From the NCBI GenBank assembly GCA_965660445.1, contig CBFIAK010000001.1, positions 672,001 to 736,000 of the forward strand: a stretch of 64,000 bases of DNA, written 5' to 3'. Within the stretch, counting starts at the first letter, position 1; every line of letters begins with the position of its first letter. The notes under the pieces are model-generated. The model did not search any database and was not told the DNA's origin. It worked only from the letters and a program-made list of their open reading frames with translations. The position numbers were made by a program, and so were the translations under genes. Of the stretch, positions 29,304 through 38,999 are shown piece after piece. This DNA comes from Patescibacteria group bacterium. GTDB lineage: Bacteria > Patescibacteriota > Gracilibacteria > UBA4473.

Positions 29304-30200
29304 TTATCGCAAACTCTTCATCACTTCATTTCGGTTCTGACTAATCATATCAGCTACTTCATCAACTCTTGGTGCAAAAGAGAAACGTATTTCCTTTGAA
29401 TCAGAAGGTGTTCTAATTTCTAAATGTCCATACCGAAAAATCATCTTAAAAAATCCTTTATTATCAGGTACGATAACAGCAATTGATTCATAATTTACTT
29501 TATCAGAAACAGTTCCAAATAACTCTCGTTCCTGCACAATAACACGAATATCGGTAATAAAAAGAACATCATAACGAAAATCCAACCATATTTTAATAAA
29601 AAATAGAACCGCAAATAAAAGAAAAAATGCCCCAATAAGAACACCGATAATATGGAACTCGAAAAAAACCATAATTATAACTCCACTTGATACCATAAAT
29701 AAAGGAAGGAGGAGCCCCACAAGAAATACAATCACATGTTTCTGAACTATTTTGAGCAGTTTTTCATCCTTTAAGAGTGTAAAATGTCCATATTTTTTCA
29801 TGGTTTTGTAATCCATTTCTTCTATTCGTGGAAACCGAGCAAATTCAAAAACACGAAAAACACGAAAAATAAGAAGGAATGCAGGGAAAAAAGAGAAAAA
29901 ACCAAGATTATAGAGAAATAAAGGCAAGATAGATAAAAAATTGATAAGCCCCCATTTACTCATAATATAACGAGAAGGCTTCGCCGTGCTTAAGATACGA
30001 AACAAAAATTCAAATATAAAAAGCGTCACTACTATTCTTTCTATAAATAATAAAATATTAAAAAGTGGACCCTCATGATAAATAAAATATAAGGGAATAA
30101 TAGAAACTGATACGAGAATAAAACCAATAACAATAACATTGAGCAACCGTGCTAAAACGGTATCACTTTTGAATAAATAGTTTCGTATTTTACGGGCCAT
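29304..30200 (-). CDS. Voltage-sensor-like (ion transport S1-S4) domain fused to 2-TM + bacterial PH domain
   Basis: S2 ERIVVTLFIFEFLFR, S3 WGLINFLSILP, S4 FRVFRVFEFARFPR; no pore filter; C-terminus DVLFITDIRVIVQERELFG...IFRYGHLEIRT. Confidence 0.7.
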   Translation of the reverse strand: MARKIRNYLFKSDTVLARLLNVIVIGFILVSVSIIPLYFIYHEGPLFNILLFIERIVVTLFIFEFLFRILSTAKPSRYIMSKWGLINFLSILPLFLYNLGFFSFFPAFLLIFRVFRVFEFARFPRIEEMDYKTMKKYGHFTLLKDEKLLKIVQKHVIVFLVGLLLPLFMVSSGVIIMVFFEFHIIGVLIGAFFLLFAVLFFIKIWLDFRYDVLFITDIRVIVQERELFGTVSDKVNYESIAVIVPDNKGFFKMIFRYGHLEIRTPSDSKEIRFSFAPRVDEVADMISQNRNEVMKSLR

Positions 30201-30270
30201 AAAGGGAAGGGTCTAAAAAGACACTATGCACTATAGGCGTTTTTATCTTTTATTGTCAATAGAAGGACGC

Positions 30271-31170
30271 CTATGCTTTATCAGCCCATTGTTTCCATGT
30301 AATGAGCAAAGGAGCAACAAGAAATATTGAAGAATACGTTCCTACGATAATCCCTATAGTTAAAGCGAGTACAAAATAGAAAATTGAATCAGCTCCAAAG
30401 AAAAGAAGTGAAAGTAGTGGTAAAAGCGTAGAAAAAGATGTGTACACAGAACGTCTTAAAGTTTCTTGTATTGATTTTTCAATCGTGTCTTCAAATGTTT
30501 CCGATGCTTTTTGTTTATAGATATTTTCTCGTACTCGATCAAGGATAACAATGGTATCATTAATTGAAAACCCAAGTGTTGCTAAAAGAGCTGTTATAAA
30601 AGGTAAATCGAGTTCTACTTGTGCAACAAATCCTAATACAACAAATACACCTAAAACAATAAGGATGTCATGGAAAAGTGCGATAATAGAAACCCATCCA
30701 AACCGCCATGGATTAATCGCTTGAGGAATACGACGGAAAGCAAAAGCAACAAAAAAGATAATTCCTGCAAGCGCAAAAAATACAGCCCATAATGCTTTTG
30801 TTTTGAAATGACCTCCGATAACACTATCAACACTTCTAAAATGACGCTCATCAAATGATCCAAATTGTTCGGTGAGTTGTGACTTAATTGTTTGAATATC
30901 TTCATCAGGAAGTTCTTGTAATGTCATAAGTATTTCATTTTCACTCGTCATTTGAACTTGTGGAGACTGAGTGATTGAGGGAATAGTGCTTAAAAACTCA
31001 GAGACTTCTACTTGTGTGATGTCTTGGTTTTCAAAAGCGATAGTCCAACGAGATCCTCCCGTAAAATCGAGTCCAAAACGAAACCCAAAAACAAGAACAG
31101 AAAGCAAACTACATCCGACAAGAATAAGAGAAGCTGTATACCAACGATTTCGATTGTGTGTAATATTCAT
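30271..31170 (-). CDS. secF: Protein translocase subunit SecF
   Basis: FGLDFTGG, ALFHD, GFSINDTIVILDRVRE, GTYSSIFLVAPL. Confidence 0.96.
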   Translation of the reverse strand: MNITHNRNRWYTASLILVGCSLLSVLVFGFRFGLDFTGGSRWTIAFENQDITQVEVSEFLSTIPSITQSPQVQMTSENEILMTLQELPDEDIQTIKSQLTEQFGSFDERHFRSVDSVIGGHFKTKALWAVFFALAGIIFFVAFAFRRIPQAINPWRFGWVSIIALFHDILIVLGVFVVLGFVAQVELDLPFITALLATLGFSINDTIVILDRVRENIYKQKASETFEDTIEKSIQETLRRSVYTSFSTLLPLLSLLFFGADSIFYFVLALTIGIIVGTYSSIFLVAPLLITWKQWADKA

Positions 31171-31182
31171 GAGCAAAAATAT

Positions 31183-33306
31183 TTATTGATTATCTGTAGA
31201 TGATAAAGAAACAGAGAAGAGATAAGAAGCTTTAAAGAAAGGAAACAAGAGTAAGAATCGCAACAAGTTTCGAGTTACATTGATAGCGGTAAAAAGAGAA
31301 AGAAGCGTTCCAATAATAAGTGTTACGGCAAACCCTTTAATAACAGAACTTCCAAGAGAGAAAAGAATAATACACGTGAGTAATGTGGTTAGATTTGAAT
31401 CTCGAATAGCAGTCCATGCTCGTTCAAACCCTAAATCAACAGCTCGTGATAATGATTTTCCATTTTTAAGCTCTTCATTGATACGTTCAAAAATAAGAAT
31501 ATTTCCATCAACAGCTAATCCAATAGAAAGAATAATACCCGCAATTCCAGAAAGAGTTAATACAATAGGACCTCCAAAACTATCGGGCCAAAGTTTTAAA
31601 ATAACAATAAAGAGAAGGGCATAGAATGTAAGTGATATAGCTGCAATAACCCCTGCTAGTTTGTAAGAAAACATCATGAAGATCATCGTTGCTATAAACC
31701 CATAAATACCCGCTTTTAAACTGAGTGCTAGCTGTTCAGCGCCAAGTTGTGGAGTAATCGTCACTTGTCCAGCAAGTGTCACTGGAGCATCAATAGCTCC
31801 AAGATTTAAATCATTCGCTAATTGTCTTGCTGATGCTGGTGTAAAGTTTCCTGTAATTTGAGACATTCGTCCAATAATCTTTTCCCGAACGGTTGGTTGA
31901 GTAATCCAAACACCTCCAACTTTTATACCAAGCCGACAAGGTTGTCCATTACACGTTCTTGATGAAACTCTTCCTGTAATATCCGCAAATAAAGAACCTC
32001 CTTCTGCATTAAATAAAAGGTTTACTAAATGCTGTCCAAGTTCATTATATCCAGCCACTGCATTTTCAAGATGTTCACCACTCAATTCTGTTTTATTCCA
32101 AACAAAGTCTTCTGTTTTCCAGTAGAGTAATTCGTACCCATATTTTGTATCCGTTACTGTTTCCAGTGATTCATCTGTTTTATTTATAATTTCAATAATA
32201 TGAAACCCAAATTCGGTTTCTACCACTTCTGGTAAAAGTCCTGTCGAATCAGCTGTAAAAACAGCTTCATCAAATGCACCCGTCATGTCCCCACGACCAA
32301 ACGTTCCTAAATTTCCTCCTGAAGTTTGAGCTGCCGGTTCTGTTGAATACTCTATGGCTTTATCAGCAAATGTTTCGGTACCTTCTATTTGTAGCGTTGC
32401 TAAAAGTTCTTCAGCGGCTGTTAATGCGTCTTCTCGTGTTTCATATAGCACATCTTCAGGGGCTCTAAGGGCTCCTTTGTATCCAAACAATATATGTCGG
32501 GCTTCTGCACTTGCCTCCACTACTTTTTCTCGTGTTTCTTCTGTATGAGATGTAACATACACTAATGCGATAATTGGTTCTGGATATGCTACGATACTTA
32601 ATTCTCCTTCTGGAGAAATAGTCGTTTGCATTTCTGTTTGCGTTTCAATTATTTCAGGAATTATTGTATAAGCAGGAGTTTGAGATATTTTTTCTGCCAA
32701 TGCAGGATCTAAAATTTCATCGCTAAAATAAGGACCAAATGATTCTTGATGGGCCATTTGATCGTCAAGTAAAACTCGGCTTACTACTTCTTCCCAAGGT
32801 TGTGATTCTAGCTCAACCAAAAGTCCTGCCATCGAAATTCTTTTTTGGTTTAACTGTTCTGGCATTTCTTCAAAGAACTCAAGACGATTATCTTTTTCCG
32901 CGTCTTGTTTTGCTTTCTCAACATTGGCTGTTGGAGGCATCTGAATAATAACATGTTCTTGATTATCAACTTGTGAACGCTGAACGACAATTTCACCAAC
33001 TCCGGCAGGATTAACACGAGCTTCTAAACTATCTCTTACCGATTCAGCAATTGTTTGAATATCGACATCATTTTGTGGATCATCATCAGCATTTTGAGCA
33101 TATGCATCAGTAAGATCAATACGATAATCAAGCTCAGTTCCACCAGCAAGATCTAATCCCAAAAGCACCTTATACTCTGATAATTTTTGAGTCAGAGCAT
33201 TGACTCCAAACACAGACTCAAGATGAGTAGAGGGGAGTGCTATAAGAAGCGAAAAAAAGAAAATCCCAACAAGAATAAGAAAACGGTTTCGAATTTGGTT
33301 TTTCAT
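31183..33306 (-). CDS. secD: Protein translocase subunit SecD with inserted parvulin (PpiC-type) domain
   Basis: LGLDLAGG, LNLGAIDAP, TLSGIAGIILSIGLAVDGNILIFERINEE, DSNLTT; insert ARHILF..GGNLGTFGRGDM..FDEAVF..VETEFGFHII. Confidence 0.95.
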   Translation of the reverse strand: MKNQIRNRFLILVGIFFFSLLIALPSTHLESVFGVNALTQKLSEYKVLLGLDLAGGTELDYRIDLTDAYAQNADDDPQNDVDIQTIAESVRDSLEARVNPAGVGEIVVQRSQVDNQEHVIIQMPPTANVEKAKQDAEKDNRLEFFEEMPEQLNQKRISMAGLLVELESQPWEEVVSRVLLDDQMAHQESFGPYFSDEILDPALAEKISQTPAYTIIPEIIETQTEMQTTISPEGELSIVAYPEPIIALVYVTSHTEETREKVVEASAEARHILFGYKGALRAPEDVLYETREDALTAAEELLATLQIEGTETFADKAIEYSTEPAAQTSGGNLGTFGRGDMTGAFDEAVFTADSTGLLPEVVETEFGFHIIEIINKTDESLETVTDTKYGYELLYWKTEDFVWNKTELSGEHLENAVAGYNELGQHLVNLLFNAEGGSLFADITGRVSSRTCNGQPCRLGIKVGGVWITQPTVREKIIGRMSQITGNFTPASARQLANDLNLGAIDAPVTLAGQVTITPQLGAEQLALSLKAGIYGFIATMIFMMFSYKLAGVIAAISLTFYALLFIVILKLWPDSFGGPIVLTLSGIAGIILSIGLAVDGNILIFERINEELKNGKSLSRAVDLGFERAWTAIRDSNLTTLLTCIILFSLGSSVIKGFAVTLIIGTLLSLFTAINVTRNLLRFLLLFPFFKASYLFSVSLSSTDNQ

Positions 33307-33592
33307 ATACAACAAGAAAAAAAGTATTCAATTGCCGAAGAATTGTAAAAAAAAATATTTTTTCGTCAAAGAAAAACCTAAAAGAAAAAAAATATTGCCT
33401 AAAAACTAAAAAAAGAAAACAATACAAACAAAGACCAAAAGAACATTCATTGACTTTTGTTTTCTTTTGGTTTATTTATATACTATAGTTCTTTTACAGC
33501 AAGCGAATAAAAAGGTAGTAATGAGAAAATCAAAATGATTACTCTCGTTACTCCACAAAACGTTTTTTTATCAAAAATAAAGGAGTTCTCTC

Positions 33593-34459
33593 ATGAGCAA
33601 ATTAAAAGACGAATACGAAGCAGTGTATCATATAGATGATATTCTCGTAAACGACTGTAACACGGCACAATCAGTATTTCTAGATGATTATTCATCTGAA
33701 TTGCGAGAAGAAAATAGCGTTGATGGCATTATAATATTGCGAAAAAATGGAAAATGCATATTAGCTCCTGTTAATGTTATGCAAGATGGTTTATCCATGG
33801 ATGACCTATACGATGAATTGAAAAGAAGAGGGTATTATGAAATAACCCCCATTAATAAAAAAAGTTTGCAAGAACTTTTTAATATCGCCCAAAACATGGA
33901 AGACCTTATCAATGAAGATCCGACATTCTATGATTTTGATGAGAATGATGAGTTCTCATTAGAAGAATTTGAAGATCATGTAGGGGGGCTTATAAAAGAA
34001 GGAGTATATATCGATGATATATCTGATAAAAGCCGGCAAAAAAGAATTGGGACAGCAGATATTGCTTCACAAAACGATTTTATTCGATGTTATATTTCTA
34101 AAATTGAAAAATATAAAAATCGAACAGAATCTATCTCTGAGTTGTATTCTTATATAAAAGAATTACAAGGAGACCGGTTTGAAGAGGATATTTTCTCAAT
34201 CGCCTTGCATGCTTATTTTATGTTTCACTCTATTCCCAAAAGTGATGATGAAAATGAATGCATAGAAGTTGATAGTCATTATCTGCAATGGCAGTTGGAA
34301 TATCAACTGATAAATAGGTTTCAAATACAACACTATACAATTGCTCTGGAGTATATATTCAATCATATGAATATAGAACTCATTGATTCTTCGATTGATT
34401 TTGAGAAAAAGATAGAAGATATCTTAACAAAAAAAATCATAGGGAAAATAGCTCTATAA
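33593..34459 (+). CDS. Acidic orphan protein
   Basis: 288-aa ORF with AAGGAG RBS, 5' hairpin (33517-33552) and downstream terminator; no motif recognised. Confidence 0.75.
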   Translation: MSKLKDEYEAVYHIDDILVNDCNTAQSVFLDDYSSELREENSVDGIIILRKNGKCILAPVNVMQDGLSMDDLYDELKRRGYYEITPINKKSLQELFNIAQNMEDLINEDPTFYDFDENDEFSLEEFEDHVGGLIKEGVYIDDISDKSRQKRIGTADIASQNDFIRCYISKIEKYKNRTESISELYSYIKELQGDRFEEDIFSIALHAYFMFHSIPKSDDENECIEVDSHYLQWQLEYQLINRFQIQHYTIALEYIFNHMNIELIDSSIDFEKKIEDILTKKIIGKIAL

Positions 34460-34475
34460 AAAAACAGATCTACAC

Positions 34476-34509
34476 GACCATTCTCTTTTTAGATGAATGG
34501 TCTTTTTTT
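34476..34509 (+). terminator. Intrinsic terminator
   Basis: GACCATTC...GAATGGTC followed by T7. Confidence 0.75.
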
Positions 34510-34545
34510 GTTTGAATTCTCCTCTATTTGTGGTATAATCATGAG

Positions 34546-35601
34546 ATGTCAAAAAAACAAAATATACTTTCGGTTGTATTCACAGTTCTTCTTTTTGGTG
34601 GGGGAATATCAGCACAATCTCTTTTTCAGTTTCGATATTTTGAAACACATGAAGCGTTTGAAAAACAATACGTAGAAACCATTCAGCAGTATCAACAAGC
34701 AGAAAAAGATTATAGCGATGCTTTTAATCGAATGACCGGAAGCTGTAACCAAAAACTACAAACTCGGTGTCAATACGTTCAGGATAAAGCTATGGACATG
34801 AATGAACTTGATCCAAATGGGTCTCTTTTTTGTAAACAAGTTGAATGTTATAATGCGTATGGATCATATCTTGAAAACATCCACAATCCATTCTCATTGA
34901 GTGGATGCCAACAACGAGATAAAGCATTAAGTTCATGCGATCAACAAAAAGATCATCGCCAAGATAATTTTATAAAACTTGGTATGCGAGAAGGATATAC
35001 CTATATTATACCTCCAAAAGCGCCATTCTATAAAATTCAACAGATGATCCAAGCTCAAAATATGGCATATGATGCTGGATTTTCAACCGAAGAAGCGAAA
35101 GAAATCGTTTATCAGCTCAATGTAGAGAATGGAACATGGAACCCAACTCATTTAGGAGACCCTTGGTGTCGAGCTCGAAACGGGAAAGAAGATTATTGTT
35201 TTAAACTCCAACAACGAGGTATTGGGGTTGAACGAGTGCTTCATTATTGTTCTTTTGGACTTGTGCAATACAACACCTGTATTCATCACAATGTAAAAGC
35301 AGAAGATTTTATCGCCAACCCTGAAAATAGAATCTGGATTGATTCACACTATCAAATGAAACGATTAATTGATTTCTTAGTCGATAAAAAAACAGAGTAT
35401 GGAAACTTCAAACAAGCACAAGTTCATTGGAATTTTCCAGTAGCAGCACAACAAGGAGCTTATAAATCAGTAGCCTATTACAACCGACTTTCAAACATGA
35501 AAGAGAAGTTTAATTCTCCTGAAGACGAGCTTGGTGCTATTGAAATCACCATTCCAGCACGAAATAATAATATCGGAGAAAGTGAAGACAAATCCTTATA
35601 A
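34546..35601 (+). CDS. Secreted Cys-rich protein with C-terminal lysozyme/SLT-like transglycosylase domain
   Basis: Signal peptide; QLNVENGTWNP (catalytic Glu position), SFGLVQYN (GLMQ-like), AQVHWN (AYN-like). Confidence 0.6.
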   Translation: MSKKQNILSVVFTVLLFGGGISAQSLFQFRYFETHEAFEKQYVETIQQYQQAEKDYSDAFNRMTGSCNQKLQTRCQYVQDKAMDMNELDPNGSLFCKQVECYNAYGSYLENIHNPFSLSGCQQRDKALSSCDQQKDHRQDNFIKLGMREGYTYIIPPKAPFYKIQQMIQAQNMAYDAGFSTEEAKEIVYQLNVENGTWNPTHLGDPWCRARNGKEDYCFKLQQRGIGVERVLHYCSFGLVQYNTCIHHNVKAEDFIANPENRIWIDSHYQMKRLIDFLVDKKTEYGNFKQAQVHWNFPVAAQQGAYKSVAYYNRLSNMKEKFNSPEDELGAIEITIPARNNNIGESEDKSL

Positions 35602-35696
35602 AAAAATTGACAAAAGCATAAAAATATTATATAAATTTTCTGATCTTTGATAACAAAACGATAGTAAAAATTATTCCATTAAAAAAAGGAGTCTTT

Positions 35697-35930
35697 ATGC
35701 AAAATGCATACATAACGCATAGAAGTGCTATATTCTTAGCACAAAAACCCCACATAAAAAAAACAAACGAAGACTTTCGAACACTGGAAGATATCAATCA
35801 GTGCGAAAAAAAATGTCAAAACATACTCGGTCAAGAATTTGATTCAGAGATGTTCCACATGGCACTTTTTGAGCACATTGAAAATCCAAATGAAGTCTTT
35901 GACTTGAAAAATGGGGAAACTATTCACTAA
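35697..35930 (+). CDS. Small orphan protein
   Basis: TTGACA-17-TATAAA promoter (35607-35635), AAGGAG RBS, terminator after stop. Confidence 0.7.
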   Translation: MQNAYITHRSAIFLAQKPHIKKTNEDFRTLEDINQCEKKCQNILGQEFDSEMFHMALFEHIENPNEVFDLKNGETIH

Positions 35931-35942
35931 AAAAGATCACTG

Positions 35943-35972
35943 AACCGACTGCGCAAACAGTCGGTTTTTTTT
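35943..35972 (+). terminator. Intrinsic terminator
   Basis: AACCGACTG-cgcaaa-CAGTCGGTT plus T run. Confidence 0.8.
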
Positions 35973-38031
35973 ACAAAAAAGACATCTGCGAATTCTGTTG
36001 AGTATTATCATTGACTCTTGTTTTCCCAAACAGGCTTAGTACATCTGATTCTTCTAATACGGGTATGGAAATCTCTTCTGCTTTTTTCTTTTTCGATCCT
36101 GCTTTGTCTCCAGCAAAAACAAAATCAACCTGCGAAGAAACTGCTGAAAGTACTTTTCCACCCATTTTTTGAATCTGTTGTTTTAGTTCATCTCGACTCA
36201 TACTTTGAAAGGTTCCAGTAAGAACTATTTTTTTACCAGAAAGTGGCGTTTGTTTTTCATCAGCAACAACAACCGATTCAAAACGAATCCCCACAGCCGA
36301 CAACTCTGAAAACAATATATGAGTTAGAGGATCATTAAAAAAAGAATACACATGTTGCGCTACGGTTTCCCCAATGCCATCGAGTGAAAGGATGTCTTCA
36401 ATGGAGAGCGTACTGACTTTTTCAGGAAGAAGTGCTAAATCCAAAACTCCAAAAGTATCAATAAAAAAATGAGCTAGTATTTCTGCTGTTTCTGATCCCA
36501 CATTGCGAATACCGAGAGCCGTCAATAATTGCCCCAAAGGAAATATTTTTCGAGACTCAAGAACATCCAATACGTTATACACTTTCTTATGCTTAAATCC
36601 CGGAAGAAGTGCTAAATCATGTTGATCAAGTTTCCAAAAATCAGCAAACCCCTGAATCAATTTTTTTTCGTATAAAGCGATAATTGTTTTTTCTCCTAAT
36701 CCTTCTAAATCCAATGTCTGCACAAAATACAAAAGTCGAGCCTTTCTTTGTGCCTCACAGTGTATGTTCTCACATCGATAAACTTTTTCAGAAGTAGACA
36801 GAACGCTTTTGCAGACTGGACAATGAGTTGGAATATCAATATTTGTTTCTTTTCCTGAGCGTAAATGAACAATCGGTTCAATAACTTCTGGAATAATATC
36901 ACCCGCTTTATGGACTAAAACAGTATCACCAATACGAATATCCTTTCTTAATACTTCATCCATAGTATGAAGTGTTGCTTTTTGCACCAAAGACCCCGAA
37001 ATAGAAACTGGTTTCAACACTGCAACGGGAGTAATAGCGCCTGTACGCCCTACTTGAAACTCTACATGAAGAAGCTCTGTATGTTTTTGCTCAGCAGGAA
37101 ATTTCCAAGCAACAGCATATTTAACTGTTTTTGCAGTCGAACCAAGACGCTCTCGAAAAGAAAAATCATGAACTTTTACCACAATTCCATCAATATCATA
37201 CTCAATATCATTTCGTTTTAATCCATCCGACCAAGAAAGACAAAAGTCAAGAACCGATTGAATATCAGAAAATACAAAAAACTTTTTTTCATATGGAATG
37301 GTCATCGAATCAAAAAAAGCAAATAGATCTGTTTGATTGTTTATATCTTGATCGGTATTCACTGTGTCATAGAAAAACATTCTCAAATGACGGTCATGAG
37401 CAACAGAAGGGTCAAGTTGTCGTACCGATCCAGCAGCTAAATTGCGTGCATTCGCAAATTTATTATCCACAGGAAGGTTTCTGTTTATATTCTCAAAATC
37501 TTGACGCGTAATAAAACACTCCCCCATAATTTCTAAAGAAAGAGGTAATGGAAGTTTAAGAGGTATATTTTCACAGGTTCGAATCGTATGAGTAACATCT
37601 TCGCCCTGAACGCCATCTCCACGAGTAAGGGCTTGAGTTAAAACACCGTTTTCATAACGCACAACAATATGAATACCATCAATCTTTAATTCGCAAGAAT
37701 ACTGAAGCTCATCAACCTTTAAAAATCTTTTTACACGCAAATCAAAATCGAGAAGTTCTTGAGCATCAAACACATCCGATAATGAATATCTTCTTTGTGT
37801 ATGAATCACTTTTGGTAGTTTCGAATCAAGCACAACTCCAACCCGTTGAGTAGGGGAGTCCTGTGTAATAAATTGAGGATAGTGTGTTTCAAGATCAATC
37901 AATTCTTTTTTTAATTGATCACGCACCGACTCTGGAAAAAGAGTTGTATTATCATTAAAATAAGCCGCATTCCATTTATTTATTTGCTGACGCAAAGTTT
38001 CTATTCGATTTTTCGCAGACATATCATCCAT
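35971..38031 (-). CDS. ligA: NAD-dependent DNA ligase
   Basis: ELKIDG, TRGDGVQGEDVT, FANARNLAAGS, AWKFPA, VGRTG, zinc finger, BRCT; start likely ATG 38031. Confidence 0.97.
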   Translation of the reverse strand: MDDMSAKNRIETLRQQINKWNAAYFNDNTTLFPESVRDQLKKELIDLETHYPQFITQDSPTQRVGVVLDSKLPKVIHTQRRYSLSDVFDAQELLDFDLRVKRFLKVDELQYSCELKIDGIHIVVRYENGVLTQALTRGDGVQGEDVTHTIRTCENIPLKLPLPLSLEIMGECFITRQDFENINRNLPVDNKFANARNLAAGSVRQLDPSVAHDRHLRMFFYDTVNTDQDINNQTDLFAFFDSMTIPYEKKFFVFSDIQSVLDFCLSWSDGLKRNDIEYDIDGIVVKVHDFSFRERLGSTAKTVKYAVAWKFPAEQKHTELLHVEFQVGRTGAITPVAVLKPVSISGSLVQKATLHTMDEVLRKDIRIGDTVLVHKAGDIIPEVIEPIVHLRSGKETNIDIPTHCPVCKSVLSTSEKVYRCENIHCEAQRKARLLYFVQTLDLEGLGEKTIIALYEKKLIQGFADFWKLDQHDLALLPGFKHKKVYNVLDVLESRKIFPLGQLLTALGIRNVGSETAEILAHFFIDTFGVLDLALLPEKVSTLSIEDILSLDGIGETVAQHVYSFFNDPLTHILFSELSAVGIRFESVVVADEKQTPLSGKKIVLTGTFQSMSRDELKQQIQKMGGKVLSAVSSQVDFVFAGDKAGSKKKKAEEISIPVLEESDVLSLFGKTRVNDNTQQNSQMSFL

Positions 38032-38115
38032 TGGCAAAAGTATATCAAAAACAAAAAAACCAGTCACATAAAAACTGGATTTCTTGTTCTTCTAAAAAGA
38101 AAAAATATTTGTTTA

Positions 38116-38340
38116 TTATTTCGAGTATCGAACAAATGGCAAAAGCCCCATAATACGAGCTTTTTTAGTTGCATTTGCTAACTGTTTTTGGTGTTTAAGA
38201 CATGTTCCTGTATGAAACCGACTTTGCAATGAACGATAATAGGTAATATATCGACTTAATGTTTTTACATCTTTATAGTCAATAAGATTTGCATTGTTCA
38301 TACAGAAGTCACAGAGAAATTTTTTTGGTTTTGGAGGCAT
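38116..38340 (-). CDS. rpsR: 30S ribosomal protein S18 (Zn-binding form)
   Basis: CDFC..IDYKDVKTL..TGTCLKHQKQL..ARIMGLLPF. Confidence 0.95.
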   Translation of the reverse strand: MPPKPKKFLCDFCMNNANLIDYKDVKTLSRYITYYRSLQSRFHTGTCLKHQKQLANATKKARIMGLLPFVRYSK

Positions 38341-38371
38341 AATAATGAAAGGATTAAAAAAACAAGAAAGA

Positions 38372-38920
38372 CTAAAGATCCAATGAAGAATCCTCTAAAA
38401 TTTTATCAAGTTTATTATCAAGAGCATTTTTTGTGTCTTGAGTCATACTTTTCGCTTCTTTTGCTTCAGGTTCTGTTTTTTTAGATTCTGAGACAGCAGG
38501 AGCTGAAGGTCGTTTTGCTGGTGATTTTTGCTCAACATTTTGAATCTCTTTTTCTTTTTCAAGAGCGGTCCACTCTTTTTTTACATCACTGTAGAGTCGT
38601 GGTTTTGGAGCACGAGGATCAACCTTGCTCACCATAAAACGAACGATAGTATTTTCTAAAGCCCAATCAGTTTTGAGTTCTGTAAGTTCTTTTTTTTCAA
38701 GCTCAAACTGAGCGACAAAATAATATCCCCATTTTTGCTTTTTAATAATATAAGCAAACCCACGTTCACCCCAAAAATCTTCAAAGGTAATGGTACCTCC
38801 TACTGATTTCACTTTTTGAACAAATTGTTCTTGCGCATACGCTTCCGCCGATTTTTTATCGAGGCTATTGGCGATAATAGCCATAATTTCGTACTTTTGT
38901 ACGGTTTCTGATTCTGACAT
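38372..38920 (-). CDS. rpsF: 30S ribosomal protein S6 with C-terminal extension
   Basis: KYEIMAI, FWGERGFAYIIKK..GYY, IVRFMV; tail LDNKLDKILE. Confidence 0.93.
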   Translation of the reverse strand: MSESETVQKYEIMAIIANSLDKKSAEAYAQEQFVQKVKSVGGTITFEDFWGERGFAYIIKKQKWGYYFVAQFELEKKELTELKTDWALENTIVRFMVSKVDPRAPKPRLYSDVKKEWTALEKEKEIQNVEQKSPAKRPSAPAVSESKKTEPEAKEAKSMTQDTKNALDNKLDKILEDSSLDL

Positions 38921-38947
38921 GCTTTCTGGTCGGTTAAAAAATAAAGA

Positions 38948-38999
38948 AGATTATCCGGCGCATATTAAGATTTTAATATGGGCAAAGCTTCCGTAATCT
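38948..38999 (-). promoter_or_regulatory. Putative S6:S18 autoregulatory leader RNA
   Basis: Nested stems AGATTA/TAATCT, CGG/CCG, CATATTAA/TTAATATG with an internal GCCC directly upstream of rpsF. Confidence 0.5.

Noticed and set aside
37463-37471. TTATCCACA DnaA box
   Set aside because: Single copy inside ligA; no cluster or oriC context
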